Counted from the stretch's first letter, positions 1 through 8,693 are shown. The stretch is 24,768 nucleotides of DNA from Candidatus Thorarchaeota archaeon (GCA_048884785.1 JBHLQM010000055.1:1-24768); one strand, 5' to 3'. The notes: generated from the sequence alone by a model not told the origin. Made by a program: numbers and translations.

Positions 1-1917
1 GGAGATCCAATTCCCGATGCAAACATAACTGCTCTATTCGAAGGAACCACCTACAGTTTTGCCTATATCGGAGCGGGTCTGTATTCAACATCAGTAATGC
101 CTGTTAATATCACTGGTCTTTACACAGTAACCGTGACTATTTCAGAAACCGGCTTTGAATTGACATCATTGCAGCTCAATCTGACTATTCTTGCTACTAC
201 TCAGATTATTGCTAATATCAATCCCAGTGTATACGAAACTGAAGAGCTAGTACTTACCATTGATTTCGTCGATTCAGTTTATGACACTCCAATAGATTGG
301 GCGAGCGTTAATTTAACGCTTCAAGGAGTGGTTTATGTCGCCGAGTTTACTGGAGGCCATTTTGTTGTCAGAATCAACATGACATTCTCTCCGAATCTCT
401 ACCCTGCTACAATAAGAGCCTCAGCAAGTGGTTGTCGTAGCGCTCAAGTAGGGATCTCCATTGAAGTGCTGGAAAAGAGATATGTCTACCTAACGATTAG
501 CGACATAATAGGTGCGACTGAAGGAAGCCAAATCTCAATTGAAACAACTCTACGCGATACTGCAACTGATAACATTATTCCATTTGTCACAATTCGTTTC
601 CAGGTATGGGTCTATTTTGAGAATGATACATTACTCTACTTTGAGGGCACAGATTCAACAAATGAAGTTGGGGTGGCTCTCTGGCCATTTACAATCCCAA
701 GAGGTCTGGATAGCGCAGTGGATAGATTGGAAATCAGGGTATCCTATAACGCGCCTTTAGACACTTGGGATGCGGAGGCATTTTCAATTGTACCTGTTGG
801 ACAGGACCTTATTTCCTCACTCATCTCATTCTTTGTCTATGGGGTTGGGTTCTACATCATTGTGGCATTTGTATTTGTAGGCATTATTGCTGGCGCCTAT
901 AATAAAACAGTGAAGCCAAAGAAGAAAGCCTCAAGAATTGCGCTGGATCAGCAGCTGCGCATCTTCAATGACCTAGATTCAATGCAGCATTTCATGGCGG
1001 TATACCTCAATCGCGGAACCTGCGTATTTTACCATCCATTCAAGGAATTGAGAATTCAAGCTGATCTGATTAGCGGATTTATTGCCGCTGTGACAAGTGT
1101 TTACGGAGAAATCAAAGGTGATGGCGTACAGGGCACTCTGGAGGAAATCCATTACCAGGGACTCAGATTGAATAGTTACAGCGGAAGGTATGTTTTGGGC
1201 ATCTTGATTCTTGAGAAAGAAATATCCCCGATACTTCGAGATAGACTCCAATTCTTTGTCGAGATGTTTGAGAATGAGTATGATACTCATCTGCAGCAAT
1301 GGACAGGTGTGATGGATTGCTTCGACCCAGAGTGGATTGTTTCAAACCTAATTACTGCATTTAGCTACGACTGGGTTATACATAATACGATTGAAGAAAC
1401 TGCTAAGATGAACAGAACGGAAAGGAAGATTTTCAATTATATTAAAGCATCACTCAATGGAAAGAGAGAGTTTCTTATCAAGGACTACCTAGACCCAGTA
1501 GCGAAGATGCTAGGTACTTCAAAGGCAGAAACATTAGATTCATTCCTCAAGATGCAAGAGAAAGGCATTATTCACCCAATTAGTGTGGCAACAATACTTC
1601 TAAGACAGGGACTTGGGCTACCGGGTGTAGATGAACTTTCAGAAGAGGAAGTGCAGATTCCTCAAGAGGAGCTCGTATATGAGGAAATCGAAGAGGAAGA
1701 GCAAATCGAAGTAACAGAAGAACCTCCTGCAGTTGATGAACAAGAAACCTCTGAGGAAGAATTAGAACCGCCTCCGGACATAGAAAAAGAAGCCCCTATT
1801 GAAGAGCAGAAAAAAGAGAAGGAAAAACCAAAGAAGAAGGAAATAGACCCCAAAGATGCATTTGTGGCTGAAGTAGAATCATTGCTTAAGAAAGAAAAAG
1901 AAGATGAATCTGACTAG
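1..1917 (+). CDS. Large single-pass membrane protein, 5'-partial: extracellular Ig-like/beta-sandwich repeats, TM helix, cytoplasmic longin-like domain, winged-helix-like segment, acidic tail
   Basis: Frame is open from base 1 (GDPIPDANITALFEGTTYSF...), so the ATG at 97 is internal. The N-part is Thr/Ser/Val-rich and beta-like with several N-x-S/T sequons. A hydrophobic helix (FFVYGVGFYIIVAFVFVGIIAGAY, ~829-900) is followed by KTVKPKKK. Then come GTCVFYHPF..QADLISGFIAAVTSVYGEI..LEEIHYQG..FVEMFENEY (longin-like pattern) and a Glu-rich tail. Confidence 0.85.
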   Translation, partial: GDPIPDANITALFEGTTYSFAYIGAGLYSTSVMPVNITGLYTVTVTISETGFELTSLQLNLTILATTQIIANINPSVYETEELVLTIDFVDSVYDTPIDWASVNLTLQGVVYVAEFTGGHFVVRINMTFSPNLYPATIRASASGCRSAQVGISIEVLEKRYVYLTISDIIGATEGSQISIETTLRDTATDNIIPFVTIRFQVWVYFENDTLLYFEGTDSTNEVGVALWPFTIPRGLDSAVDRLEIRVSYNAPLDTWDAEAFSIVPVGQDLISSLISFFVYGVGFYIIVAFVFVGIIAGAYNKTVKPKKKASRIALDQQLRIFNDLDSMQHFMAVYLNRGTCVFYHPFKELRIQADLISGFIAAVTSVYGEIKGDGVQGTLEEIHYQGLRLNSYSGRYVLGILILEKEISPILRDRLQFFVEMFENEYDTHLQQWTGVMDCFDPEWIVSNLITAFSYDWVIHNTIEETAKMNRTERKIFNYIKASLNGKREFLIKDYLDPVAKMLGTSKAETLDSFLKMQEKGIIHPISVATILLRQGLGLPGVDELSEEEVQIPQEELVYEEIEEEEQIEVTEEPPAVDEQETSEEELEPPPDIEKEAPIEEQKKEKEKPKKKEIDPKDAFVAEVESLLKKEKEDESD

Positions 1918-1975
1918 CTAGGAGCAAAGAACACTTATCAAGTGGTCTAGTAGCCAAAAGGACGAGGCCTGTAAA

Positions 1976-2374
1976 TTGCCATGGGACATTGAAAATTATT
2001 ACATCGTTGATGGACGTGTCCTGAGTGTAGAAATAGCGATTCCACTAATGGAATTCCTGTATACCAGTATCGATGACGTAAGAGAAGCATGGCTCGATAT
2101 GCTCAAGGAATTCGTATCTGAGGAACCGGGCGTTGAAATGTCATGGGAAATGCAGCCCAGAGATAAAGATGCGTTAGTAACGATTAGAATTGCCAAGCAA
2201 GGCAATCTTGAGGTCTTTACCGCGAAGGAAGCCAAAGGCGCACTCGGAGCCGTCGATGCCCTATTCGATAGGGAGAATCCGAAGAAAGAAGCTGCCAAAG
2301 GAAAACCTAAGTCTTCACCAAAAGCTGCAAAAGTGCAACCAAAAAAATCCAAGACCCAAAAACGGAAAGATTAG
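1976..2374 (+). CDS. Hypothetical protein with Lys-rich C-terminal tail
   Basis: 132-aa ORF with a TTG start and GAGG upstream. It fills the gap between neighbours and has a protein-like composition. No family recognised. Confidence 0.7.
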   Translation: MPWDIENYYIVDGRVLSVEIAIPLMEFLYTSIDDVREAWLDMLKEFVSEEPGVEMSWEMQPRDKDALVTIRIAKQGNLEVFTAKEAKGALGAVDALFDRENPKKEAAKGKPKSSPKAAKVQPKKSKTQKRKD

Positions 2375-2383
2375 TCCCACTTC

Positions 2384-3646
2384 TTATTTGCTCAATATCA
2401 GGTTAATATTTGATCCGTTCTCAATTATTGCTGTCCTGGCATTAGTCCCTGCATTCAAGAGGGCCAGCTCAAATCCTTCTTGGGGATCACGCACCCCTAT
2501 ACATTGAAGCCTTTCTGATACCAGTGACTCTCTGAGCCTCGAGCAAAGAATGATGTTTCGAGACTCTAATGTCTTCAACAGAATTTTGGAGCGTTCCATC
2601 CCATTTCTAAAATTTGTTGCAGCAATGGTTTCGAGCTCGGCTGGCGTTCGAGCAGAAGCTACACCCTCAATGAAACCTTCAGGACCAGCCCCATAGGCAC
2701 ACTCTGCAATAAGAAGAATAGTTCCCCCCGTTCTTGTTGCGCAAAAGCCTGCGTGCAAACACTCTATAGCATCATACAGCGTTGCATCTATCCCCTTGCC
2801 TCCTGTTCCTACAATGGCAATATCTGAACGCCGATCTATTCTCACTGAACTTAATTCTCGTGATACGCTAATAGCCGATTCCCAAGATGAGCTGGAAGGA
2901 CCAACAACAGTTTGAGCGATATTCCCCATATTATCCTGAATTGTGTTGATTGAAAGATCAGGGGCACAGAATTCGGCCACAGATGCTATGGTCCTACCAA
3001 CAGGACCATGAATGTAGAAAAGTTCGCTGCTCTCAACAGTCATAAGTTTGTGAATTTGTGCTGCCGTCTTCTGCCCACTTATTCCTAGAGCAATTGATGT
3101 TAATCCTCCAGTAGCGCCTGTAAGAATACTAGGCGCAACAGTGCTAAGGACAATACGAAGTGATGCGTCACTATATGCTTTGTTTAGCCAAACTGGGATA
3201 TCGTGGTCTGGTGCATCACCAAGATATCTAAGAGAACTCTCTCGCTGTTCCTCATGGATCATTAGCTGCACACCTAGAGAAGCCGGAGTTCCTAGGATTG
3301 GCATTAGACTATCCAAATCACTTCTGAAAGCCTCTGGAAGAATAAGTACTAGCGAGATCGCAGTCGGATCAATAGATGCCAACTCAAAGGCAGAAATAAT
3401 GGCTTCGAGTTGTGTTTTGGGATCAGCAAAACGTTCTGGATGGTCCATGACTATGGTCGTGTTTCTGCTACTCTTTGCGTTTCGTAGAATTCTGCTCAGC
3501 AGACCTGAGTTCTCAATCTTTCTGTAGATCTCGGTTCTTATGTCGGTGTGTTCCACAACGATCTTGGGCTGGATATAATCGCATTTTTCGAATCTACCTG
3601 TATCTAAGGGTAGAAATCCATCACCATAAGCAAATTCGATTCTCAT
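2384..3646 (-). CDS. Lactate racemase LarA-domain protein, catalytically degenerate
   Basis: LarA-like layout: N-terminal IEFAYG, YLGD..IPVWLNKAY..A.L.I, TGATGGLTSIALGI, DIAIVGTGG..IDATLY, GGTILLIAEC.YG.G. The canonical DxTR, H-x-x-A-G-x-S-G-G-x-K and YQxxK residues are substituted. Confidence 0.8.
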   Translation of the reverse strand: MRIEFAYGDGFLPLDTGRFEKCDYIQPKIVVEHTDIRTEIYRKIENSGLLSRILRNAKSSRNTTIVMDHPERFADPKTQLEAIISAFELASIDPTAISLVLILPEAFRSDLDSLMPILGTPASLGVQLMIHEEQRESSLRYLGDAPDHDIPVWLNKAYSDASLRIVLSTVAPSILTGATGGLTSIALGISGQKTAAQIHKLMTVESSELFYIHGPVGRTIASVAEFCAPDLSINTIQDNMGNIAQTVVGPSSSSWESAISVSRELSSVRIDRRSDIAIVGTGGKGIDATLYDAIECLHAGFCATRTGGTILLIAECAYGAGPEGFIEGVASARTPAELETIAATNFRNGMERSKILLKTLESRNIILCSRLRESLVSERLQCIGVRDPQEGFELALLNAGTNARTAIIENGSNINLILSK

Positions 3647-3753
3647 ATCTCCGTCCCGACTTTCGTGGTGTTGCTGGTACTTAAGCCTGTAAGAAACTGA
3701 TTTTAGCCAAACTACTTATCTCTCTCGATTATACTTAGCAGGCTGAATAGACA

Positions 3754-4512
3754 ATGAAACGCATTGATCAAATCTTCGGATTGCTGATACTCGGTACGCT
3801 CGTTTATTGGATATTCATTATGGCTTTTCCGGAATCTGTTGGACCTCTTGTTGGACTATATTATTGGATTCAAAGTTTATCCATTCTAGTTGGATATCCT
3901 GGTGCATTTCTTGTTTCTCTTATTGGTAATGTCACAATCTTGATTCCATTTCCATATATTGCTGTGATTTTCCTTCTTGGAGGCGCGAAGGCAGGATTGG
4001 GAGGCCCCTTCTTCTTTGACCCTTGGCTGCTCGGTATTATTGGAGGCATCGGAGCTACAATCGGTGAAATGACAGGCTACCTCTTGGGGAGAGTTGGTTC
4101 TGGTCTTGTGAATCGTGATCAGAGTGGAGGATTTCTCAGATTTGCTCAAAAATACCCCAGAGCAACGCCTGTCGTTCTATGGTTTCTTGCATTGACACCG
4201 TTCCCAGATGATGTATTAGTTATTCCACTTGGCATAGCAAAATACCCATGGAGAAAGGTGCTGATTCCTCAACTGATTGGAAAAACCATGTTCCTTTCGA
4301 TTATAGCTTGGGCGGGTCATCTTGGTCTATATTGGATTGAATCAATTATAATTGGAGACCCAACGAATCCAGTGACCAAATCACTAGAGGTGATAGCACT
4401 TTTACTTCTTATTATTAGCATATATCTGGTCATTAGGTTTGATTGGTCAAGACTAACTAAACGTGGTATACCAAAGGAGCAAATTCCTCAGAATACAGAT
4501 GGCAATGCCTAA
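3754..4512 (+). CDS. DedA/VTT (SNARE-associated Golgi protein-like) membrane protein
   Basis: Multi-TM protein with motifs LIPFPY, GIGATIGEMTGYLLGRVG and ALTPFPDDVLVIPLGIAKYPWRKVLIPQLIGK, which are typical of VTT domains. Confidence 0.85.
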   Translation: MKRIDQIFGLLILGTLVYWIFIMAFPESVGPLVGLYYWIQSLSILVGYPGAFLVSLIGNVTILIPFPYIAVIFLLGGAKAGLGGPFFFDPWLLGIIGGIGATIGEMTGYLLGRVGSGLVNRDQSGGFLRFAQKYPRATPVVLWFLALTPFPDDVLVIPLGIAKYPWRKVLIPQLIGKTMFLSIIAWAGHLGLYWIESIIIGDPTNPVTKSLEVIALLLLIISIYLVIRFDWSRLTKRGIPKEQIPQNTDGNA

Positions 4513-4533
4513 TTCATGGTGTGGTTCAGCAAA

Positions 4534-5478
4534 TCATGAATCCCCGAATCCTTCGAACATGCTAGCTCCCATCTTTGTGAGTTTTACGAATCCATCTTGA
4601 AGCATTTGTCCAATGGTGCCAAGATTCAGGCCTTTTCTGAGTGAGGGAGGTACCGTAATCATCCCAACATCGTTCATTTCTACAAGCAGCTTTATGAAAA
4701 CAGGGAGGCGGTAAAGCGCTAGTACGCCAATGCATCGTGTGAAAGCACGCTTCAAGCCCTCGACTAAACCCTCTTTGGGATTGCCATACTCATGGATAGC
4801 ACCCTCGATTTCTCGAAACGTACAGCACAATGTTTGAGCCTCCTCATTAGGATTGTCCATGAAATGTCCGGGAGCCTTTAGACTAAATGGGTTTCTGATG
4901 AAACCATCAATCTTGAGTCGTGGTTCTTCTTCTGGAATACTCCACCATGATGCAAGATGCTGGTCTGATAAAGGCTGCAAATCAAGTCCCTTATCAAGCT
5001 CCGATGTTTTCAGATTTTGGTCAGGAAGAAATGAGTGCCATCCGGGGACAACGCGAAGACCAGGGCCATCATCTCCAGGAATGCCTAGATCTATTTTCCT
5101 GGTGCAATAATGGATTAAATCATATATGGCGTATCTTCCATCTCCATCAAGATAAATGAAAATGGGTTCGTAGTCTGCTTCGTGCGCAGGTACTGACTGG
5201 TAGTCCCAGACATACAGGTACTGTAAGCATGTTCTCTTTCTGTGTTCATCCCAAACAACTCTTCCATGAACATTAACAAACTTCGTTTCCTTTAATGCGG
5301 CAACGGTATCATCTGGTATGTATTTGCCTAGAGTGGCTACTAGAGTCTTATCGCCGGTAAGGGCACCGGACACCGGAGGAAGGTGCTTCTTTAGCAAGGG
5401 TTCGTCAAAAAAAGCATGGAGACCTGGATTGCATTCTGTGAATGTCATCGAGGAGGCTTTGATGTTCGGGCGTATCAT
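4534..5478 (-). CDS. Hypothetical protein with Vps62/NPP1(NLP)-like motifs
   Basis: The ORF is open from 5643, but that start overlaps the DUF35 gene. ATG 5478 is preferred (TTTTATGG ~25 nt upstream); the start is uncertain. Motifs are QYLYVW..HEADYEPIFIYLD..YDLIHY..VVPGWHSF. Confidence 0.7.
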   Translation of the reverse strand: MIRPNIKASSMTFTECNPGLHAFFDEPLLKKHLPPVSGALTGDKTLVATLGKYIPDDTVAALKETKFVNVHGRVVWDEHRKRTCLQYLYVWDYQSVPAHEADYEPIFIYLDGDGRYAIYDLIHYCTRKIDLGIPGDDGPGLRVVPGWHSFLPDQNLKTSELDKGLDLQPLSDQHLASWWSIPEEEPRLKIDGFIRNPFSLKAPGHFMDNPNEEAQTLCCTFREIEGAIHEYGNPKEGLVEGLKRAFTRCIGVLALYRLPVFIKLLVEMNDVGMITVPPSLRKGLNLGTIGQMLQDGFVKLTKMGASMFEGFGDS

Positions 5479-5599
5479 ATGTCCAAATCGCTTGTCAACC
5501 ATAAAATCACAAGGCATTGAACAGTTAAGAGGGATTCGATGTAAAATTACTGAATATCCGAAATCAAGCCGCTGTTTTAGAACGGCTTGATTTCTCAAT

Positions 5600-5989
5600 T
5601 CAGGCTGGTCTGAATGCAAGGTAGATATTGCCTGTTTCTCCATGTTCGTAGTCGAGAATTACTGGTGTTCCAAGAACCACTTCACTGGGATTATTCACAT
5701 CAAAGCCTTTCAAACGACATGTTACTCTGGATCCTTCGTTTAGCTCCACGATGCCAATGAAGTATGGAGCTTCAGCTTGGAAAGCTTCAGGTGCAACATG
5801 AATGACTGTAAAGGAAACGAGTTTCCCATTTCCGCTGACTTTTGCCCATTCCAGTTTTGTGCTGCCACAACTATAGCAGGTCCCAGATGGAAGAGCAATT
5901 ATTGCACCGCAATCAGCGCATTTGTAGGCATGAAAATTCTCTTCTCGAATGTACTTCTTGTAGGCATCGATAGATGGTTTCTCGCTCAC
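5600..5989 (-). CDS. DUF35 family Zn-ribbon/OB-fold protein (thiolase partner)
   Basis: CADCG...CYSCG zinc ribbon plus SGNGKLVSFTVIH..APYFIGIVELNEG OB-fold. Its GTG start overlaps the thiolase TGA (GTGA). Confidence 0.93.
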   Translation of the reverse strand: MSEKPSIDAYKKYIREENFHAYKCADCGAIIALPSGTCYSCGSTKLEWAKVSGNGKLVSFTVIHVAPEAFQAEAPYFIGIVELNEGSRVTCRLKGFDVNNPSEVVLGTPVILDYEHGETGNIYLAFRPA

Positions 5990-7158
5990 GTGTCAGCCCT
6001 CCTTAGAATATTGACTACGCAAGTTGCGCCTGTACCGCCGAAGTTATGAACAATTGCAGAGTTGTGATTGGGAACTTGATTGGGGCCTGCTTCACCTAGA
6101 AGTTCCTTGTATGCAACATATATCTGTTTGACTCCAGTTGCTCCTACTGGATGACCAACTGCCTTCAGTCCGCCCATAGGATTGATAGGCCTGTCCCCGT
6201 CAATCTCGGTACGACCGTCACGAATCGCCTTCGCGCCTTCACCCGGTTTAAAGAATCCAATATCCTCGCTCGCTATTATTTCAGCTATAGTGAAACAATC
6301 ATGTACTATTGCAAAATCGATGTCTTTTGCTGTTAATCCAGCCATGTCGTATGCAGCCCTGCTTGCATTTACTGTGGCTTCAAATGAAGTCAGTTGCTTT
6401 CTATCACTAAGATTCATTGATGCTGAAGCCTGCCCCGACCCTGTAATTTTGATTGGGAGATCGGTATACTGTTTTGCTTTATCATTTGATGTGAGCACCA
6501 ATGCCGCAGCCCCATCAGAAATTGGAGAACAATCAAAGAGCTTGAGTGGCCAAGCAACATATCGAGGAGTCATTGCCTTCTCAAGAGTAATCTCCTTTTG
6601 GAATTGGGCCAATGGATTTGTCGCTGCGTTTTTATGAGCCTTAACTGCCACCCGTGCCATGTCTTCCTCGCTAGTACCATATTTCTGCATATGAGCAACG
6701 GCTGCGATTGCAAACACACCAGGAAATGTGAGACCTACGGAAGACTCGAATTCATCATCCGCTGCTGCCGCCAAAGCCTCAGTAACCCGGTTTGTGGACA
6801 CTGATGTCATCTTTTCTGCTCCTGCGACCAAAACAGTATCATAGAGACCTGATTCTATGGCCATTATTCCAGCTCTGAGTGCTGTTGCACCTGAAGCGCA
6901 TGCAGCTTCATGTCTGGTTGCTGGAAGTCCTTTTAGTCCTGCATAGTCGACAAGAAGAGGAGCAGTATGACCTTGATGAATCAACATTTCAGGGATGAAC
7001 GAACCGATGAAAGCCGCTTGGATATCCTTTTTGGGAATGCCTACATCAGTTGTGGCTTTAGTTACAGCCTCGGCAAACATCTCTCTCATGCTGATTCCAG
7101 TAAGTGCACCAAACTTCGTCTGGGCACCACTAACAATATTTGTGTTTTTCAGAGGCAA
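5986..7158 (-). CDS. Thiolase (archaeal/SCP2-type acetyl-CoA acyltransferase)
   Basis: Motifs EAACASG, GAEKM, NPLAQF, PLKLFDCSPISDGAAA, VHDCFTIAE, GHPVGATG and HNFGG. The likely start is TTG 7158 (GAGG upstream) rather than 7242. Confidence 0.95.
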   Translation of the reverse strand: MPLKNTNIVSGAQTKFGALTGISMREMFAEAVTKATTDVGIPKKDIQAAFIGSFIPEMLIHQGHTAPLLVDYAGLKGLPATRHEAACASGATALRAGIMAIESGLYDTVLVAGAEKMTSVSTNRVTEALAAAADDEFESSVGLTFPGVFAIAAVAHMQKYGTSEEDMARVAVKAHKNAATNPLAQFQKEITLEKAMTPRYVAWPLKLFDCSPISDGAAALVLTSNDKAKQYTDLPIKITGSGQASASMNLSDRKQLTSFEATVNASRAAYDMAGLTAKDIDFAIVHDCFTIAEIIASEDIGFFKPGEGAKAIRDGRTEIDGDRPINPMGGLKAVGHPVGATGVKQIYVAYKELLGEAGPNQVPNHNSAIVHNFGGTGATCVVNILRRADT

Positions 7159-7188
7159 CTCGCCATTTCCCTCATCTGAATGAATGAT

Positions 7189-7251
7189 TCGCCGGTTAAT
7201 TAAGGATATAAAAAGCTCGCCGGTTCCGGCTAATGGTGACATTTAGTCCGG
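7189..7251. promoter_or_regulatory. Divergent promoter region with putative operator repeats
   Basis: TCGCCGGTT direct repeat (7189-7197, 7217-7225) flanks an AT-rich block that reads TTTTTATAT on the minus strand. An imperfect inverted repeat CCGGCTAATG-GTGA-CATTTAGTCCGG lies at 7226-7251. Confidence 0.4.
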
Positions 7252-7314
7252 CATTCACTCTCCGAAGCTGTTAAATTGAGGAACACACGGAAACTTATGG
7301 TGAGTTGACAAGTC

Positions 7315-8517
7315 ATGGACTTCGCACTATCTGAGAAGGAAAAGAAGCTTTTTGAAAGAGCGGTTGAATTCACACGTGAGCACATAACACCAAGGGCTCA
7401 CGATCTGGAGAAACGGAATGATTTCCCAAAAGATGTTGTCCAGAAAGCCTATGAAGCAGGTCTAATGAACCTGCATATACCAACTAAAGCTGGGGGGCCA
7501 GGACTCTCACTCCTTGATGAAACCTTGGTTTCAGAAGCAACGGGGTATGGATGTGCTGGTATAGCAACCTCAATTATGTGCAATAATTTGGCATTCGCTC
7601 CTCTAGTCATAGCAGCCACAACAGAGCAGTTGAAAACATATGTAGAACCTCTTATTACAGGGAAAGAGGCAAAATTTGGAGCTTTTTGTCTAACTGAGAG
7701 AAAGGCTGGTTCAGATGCTGGGGCTGTTGCGACACGTGCCTCTAGAGATGGAGACGAGTATGTAATCAATGGACTCAAATGTTTCATCACCAATGCACCT
7801 CAAGCATCACTCTTTACCGTCTTTGCGTCCACTCAGCCTGAATTGAAGAGCAAGGGATTATCCGTCTTTATGGTGCCCAAAGGTAAAGGAGTAAAGATAG
7901 GGTATGTCGAGAATAAGCTGGGCCAGCTTAACTCAGTACAGAGTGAGGTGATTTTTGATGATGTTCGTGTACCGAAGGAGTGTCTTGTTGGAAAAGAGGG
8001 AGAGGGATTCAAGATAGCAATGAAGACCCTAGACAAAACACGAGCAGGAATTGCTGCGATTGCAACTGGTGTAGCACAGCGCGCCTTAGATGAAGCAGCA
8101 AAATTTGCCAACATAAGACATCAATTTGGTCAGCCAATTGGTAGCTTTCAGGGAATTGGATTCATGCTTGCAGACATGGGTGCAAGAGTGTTTGCATCTA
8201 GACATATAACCCGATATGCCGCTTGGATGGCAGATCAAGATATTAGAAATACGAAGGAATCTGCATTTGCGAAATTCTTTGCTTCAGATGCCGCAATGCA
8301 GAATGCAATCGATGCAGTTCAAATCATGGGCGGCTATGGATATCTCTCAGAATACCCTGCTGAGAAGCTCATGCGCGATGCAAAGCTTCTGCAAATATAT
8401 GAAGGAACAAATCAGGTACAGCGCCTAGTTGCCAGTGGCGTGATTCTGAAGGAAGGCGAAAATCTCGATACAGGATTTCACGTCAAGTATGATGGCAGAG
8501 ATGCCCCAATAATGTAG
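7315..8517 (+). CDS. Acyl-CoA dehydrogenase
   Basis: Motifs AFCLTERKAGSD, YVINGLKCFITNA, ENKLG, R.QFGQPIGSFQG, AVQIMGGYGY and MRDAKLLQIYEGTNQVQR (catalytic Glu in YEGT). Confidence 0.96.
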   Translation: MDFALSEKEKKLFERAVEFTREHITPRAHDLEKRNDFPKDVVQKAYEAGLMNLHIPTKAGGPGLSLLDETLVSEATGYGCAGIATSIMCNNLAFAPLVIAATTEQLKTYVEPLITGKEAKFGAFCLTERKAGSDAGAVATRASRDGDEYVINGLKCFITNAPQASLFTVFASTQPELKSKGLSVFMVPKGKGVKIGYVENKLGQLNSVQSEVIFDDVRVPKECLVGKEGEGFKIAMKTLDKTRAGIAAIATGVAQRALDEAAKFANIRHQFGQPIGSFQGIGFMLADMGARVFASRHITRYAAWMADQDIRNTKESAFAKFFASDAAMQNAIDAVQIMGGYGYLSEYPAEKLMRDAKLLQIYEGTNQVQRLVASGVILKEGENLDTGFHVKYDGRDAPIM

Positions 8518-8557
8518 GATTCGATGAGGCTGCGTGCACTCTGCAGCCACTCAATCC
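8517..8557 (+). terminator. Stem-loop directly after the acyl-CoA dehydrogenase stop
   Basis: GGCTGC (8528-8533) pairs with GCAGCC (8543-8548), with outer GGATT/AATCC. No poly-U follows, so terminator versus stabiliser is unresolved. Confidence 0.35.
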
Positions 8558-8693
8558 GCCTGAAAGAAATCAATGCCAATACAGAACAGTCAAATAAAAT
8601 TGGAGGTTTCTTTGCAGAGAAATCTTCATAGAGCTACGTACTTAAGATGGAATTTCTCGTGTCGAGTTATCATTGATAGGAGTCGGATAATCG

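Noticed and set aside
5479-5643. N-terminal extension of the Vps62-like ORF overlapping DUF35 (possible frameshift fusion)
   Set aside because: DUF35 ends naturally at AFRPA, the extension looks non-protein-like, and no slippery site was seen.
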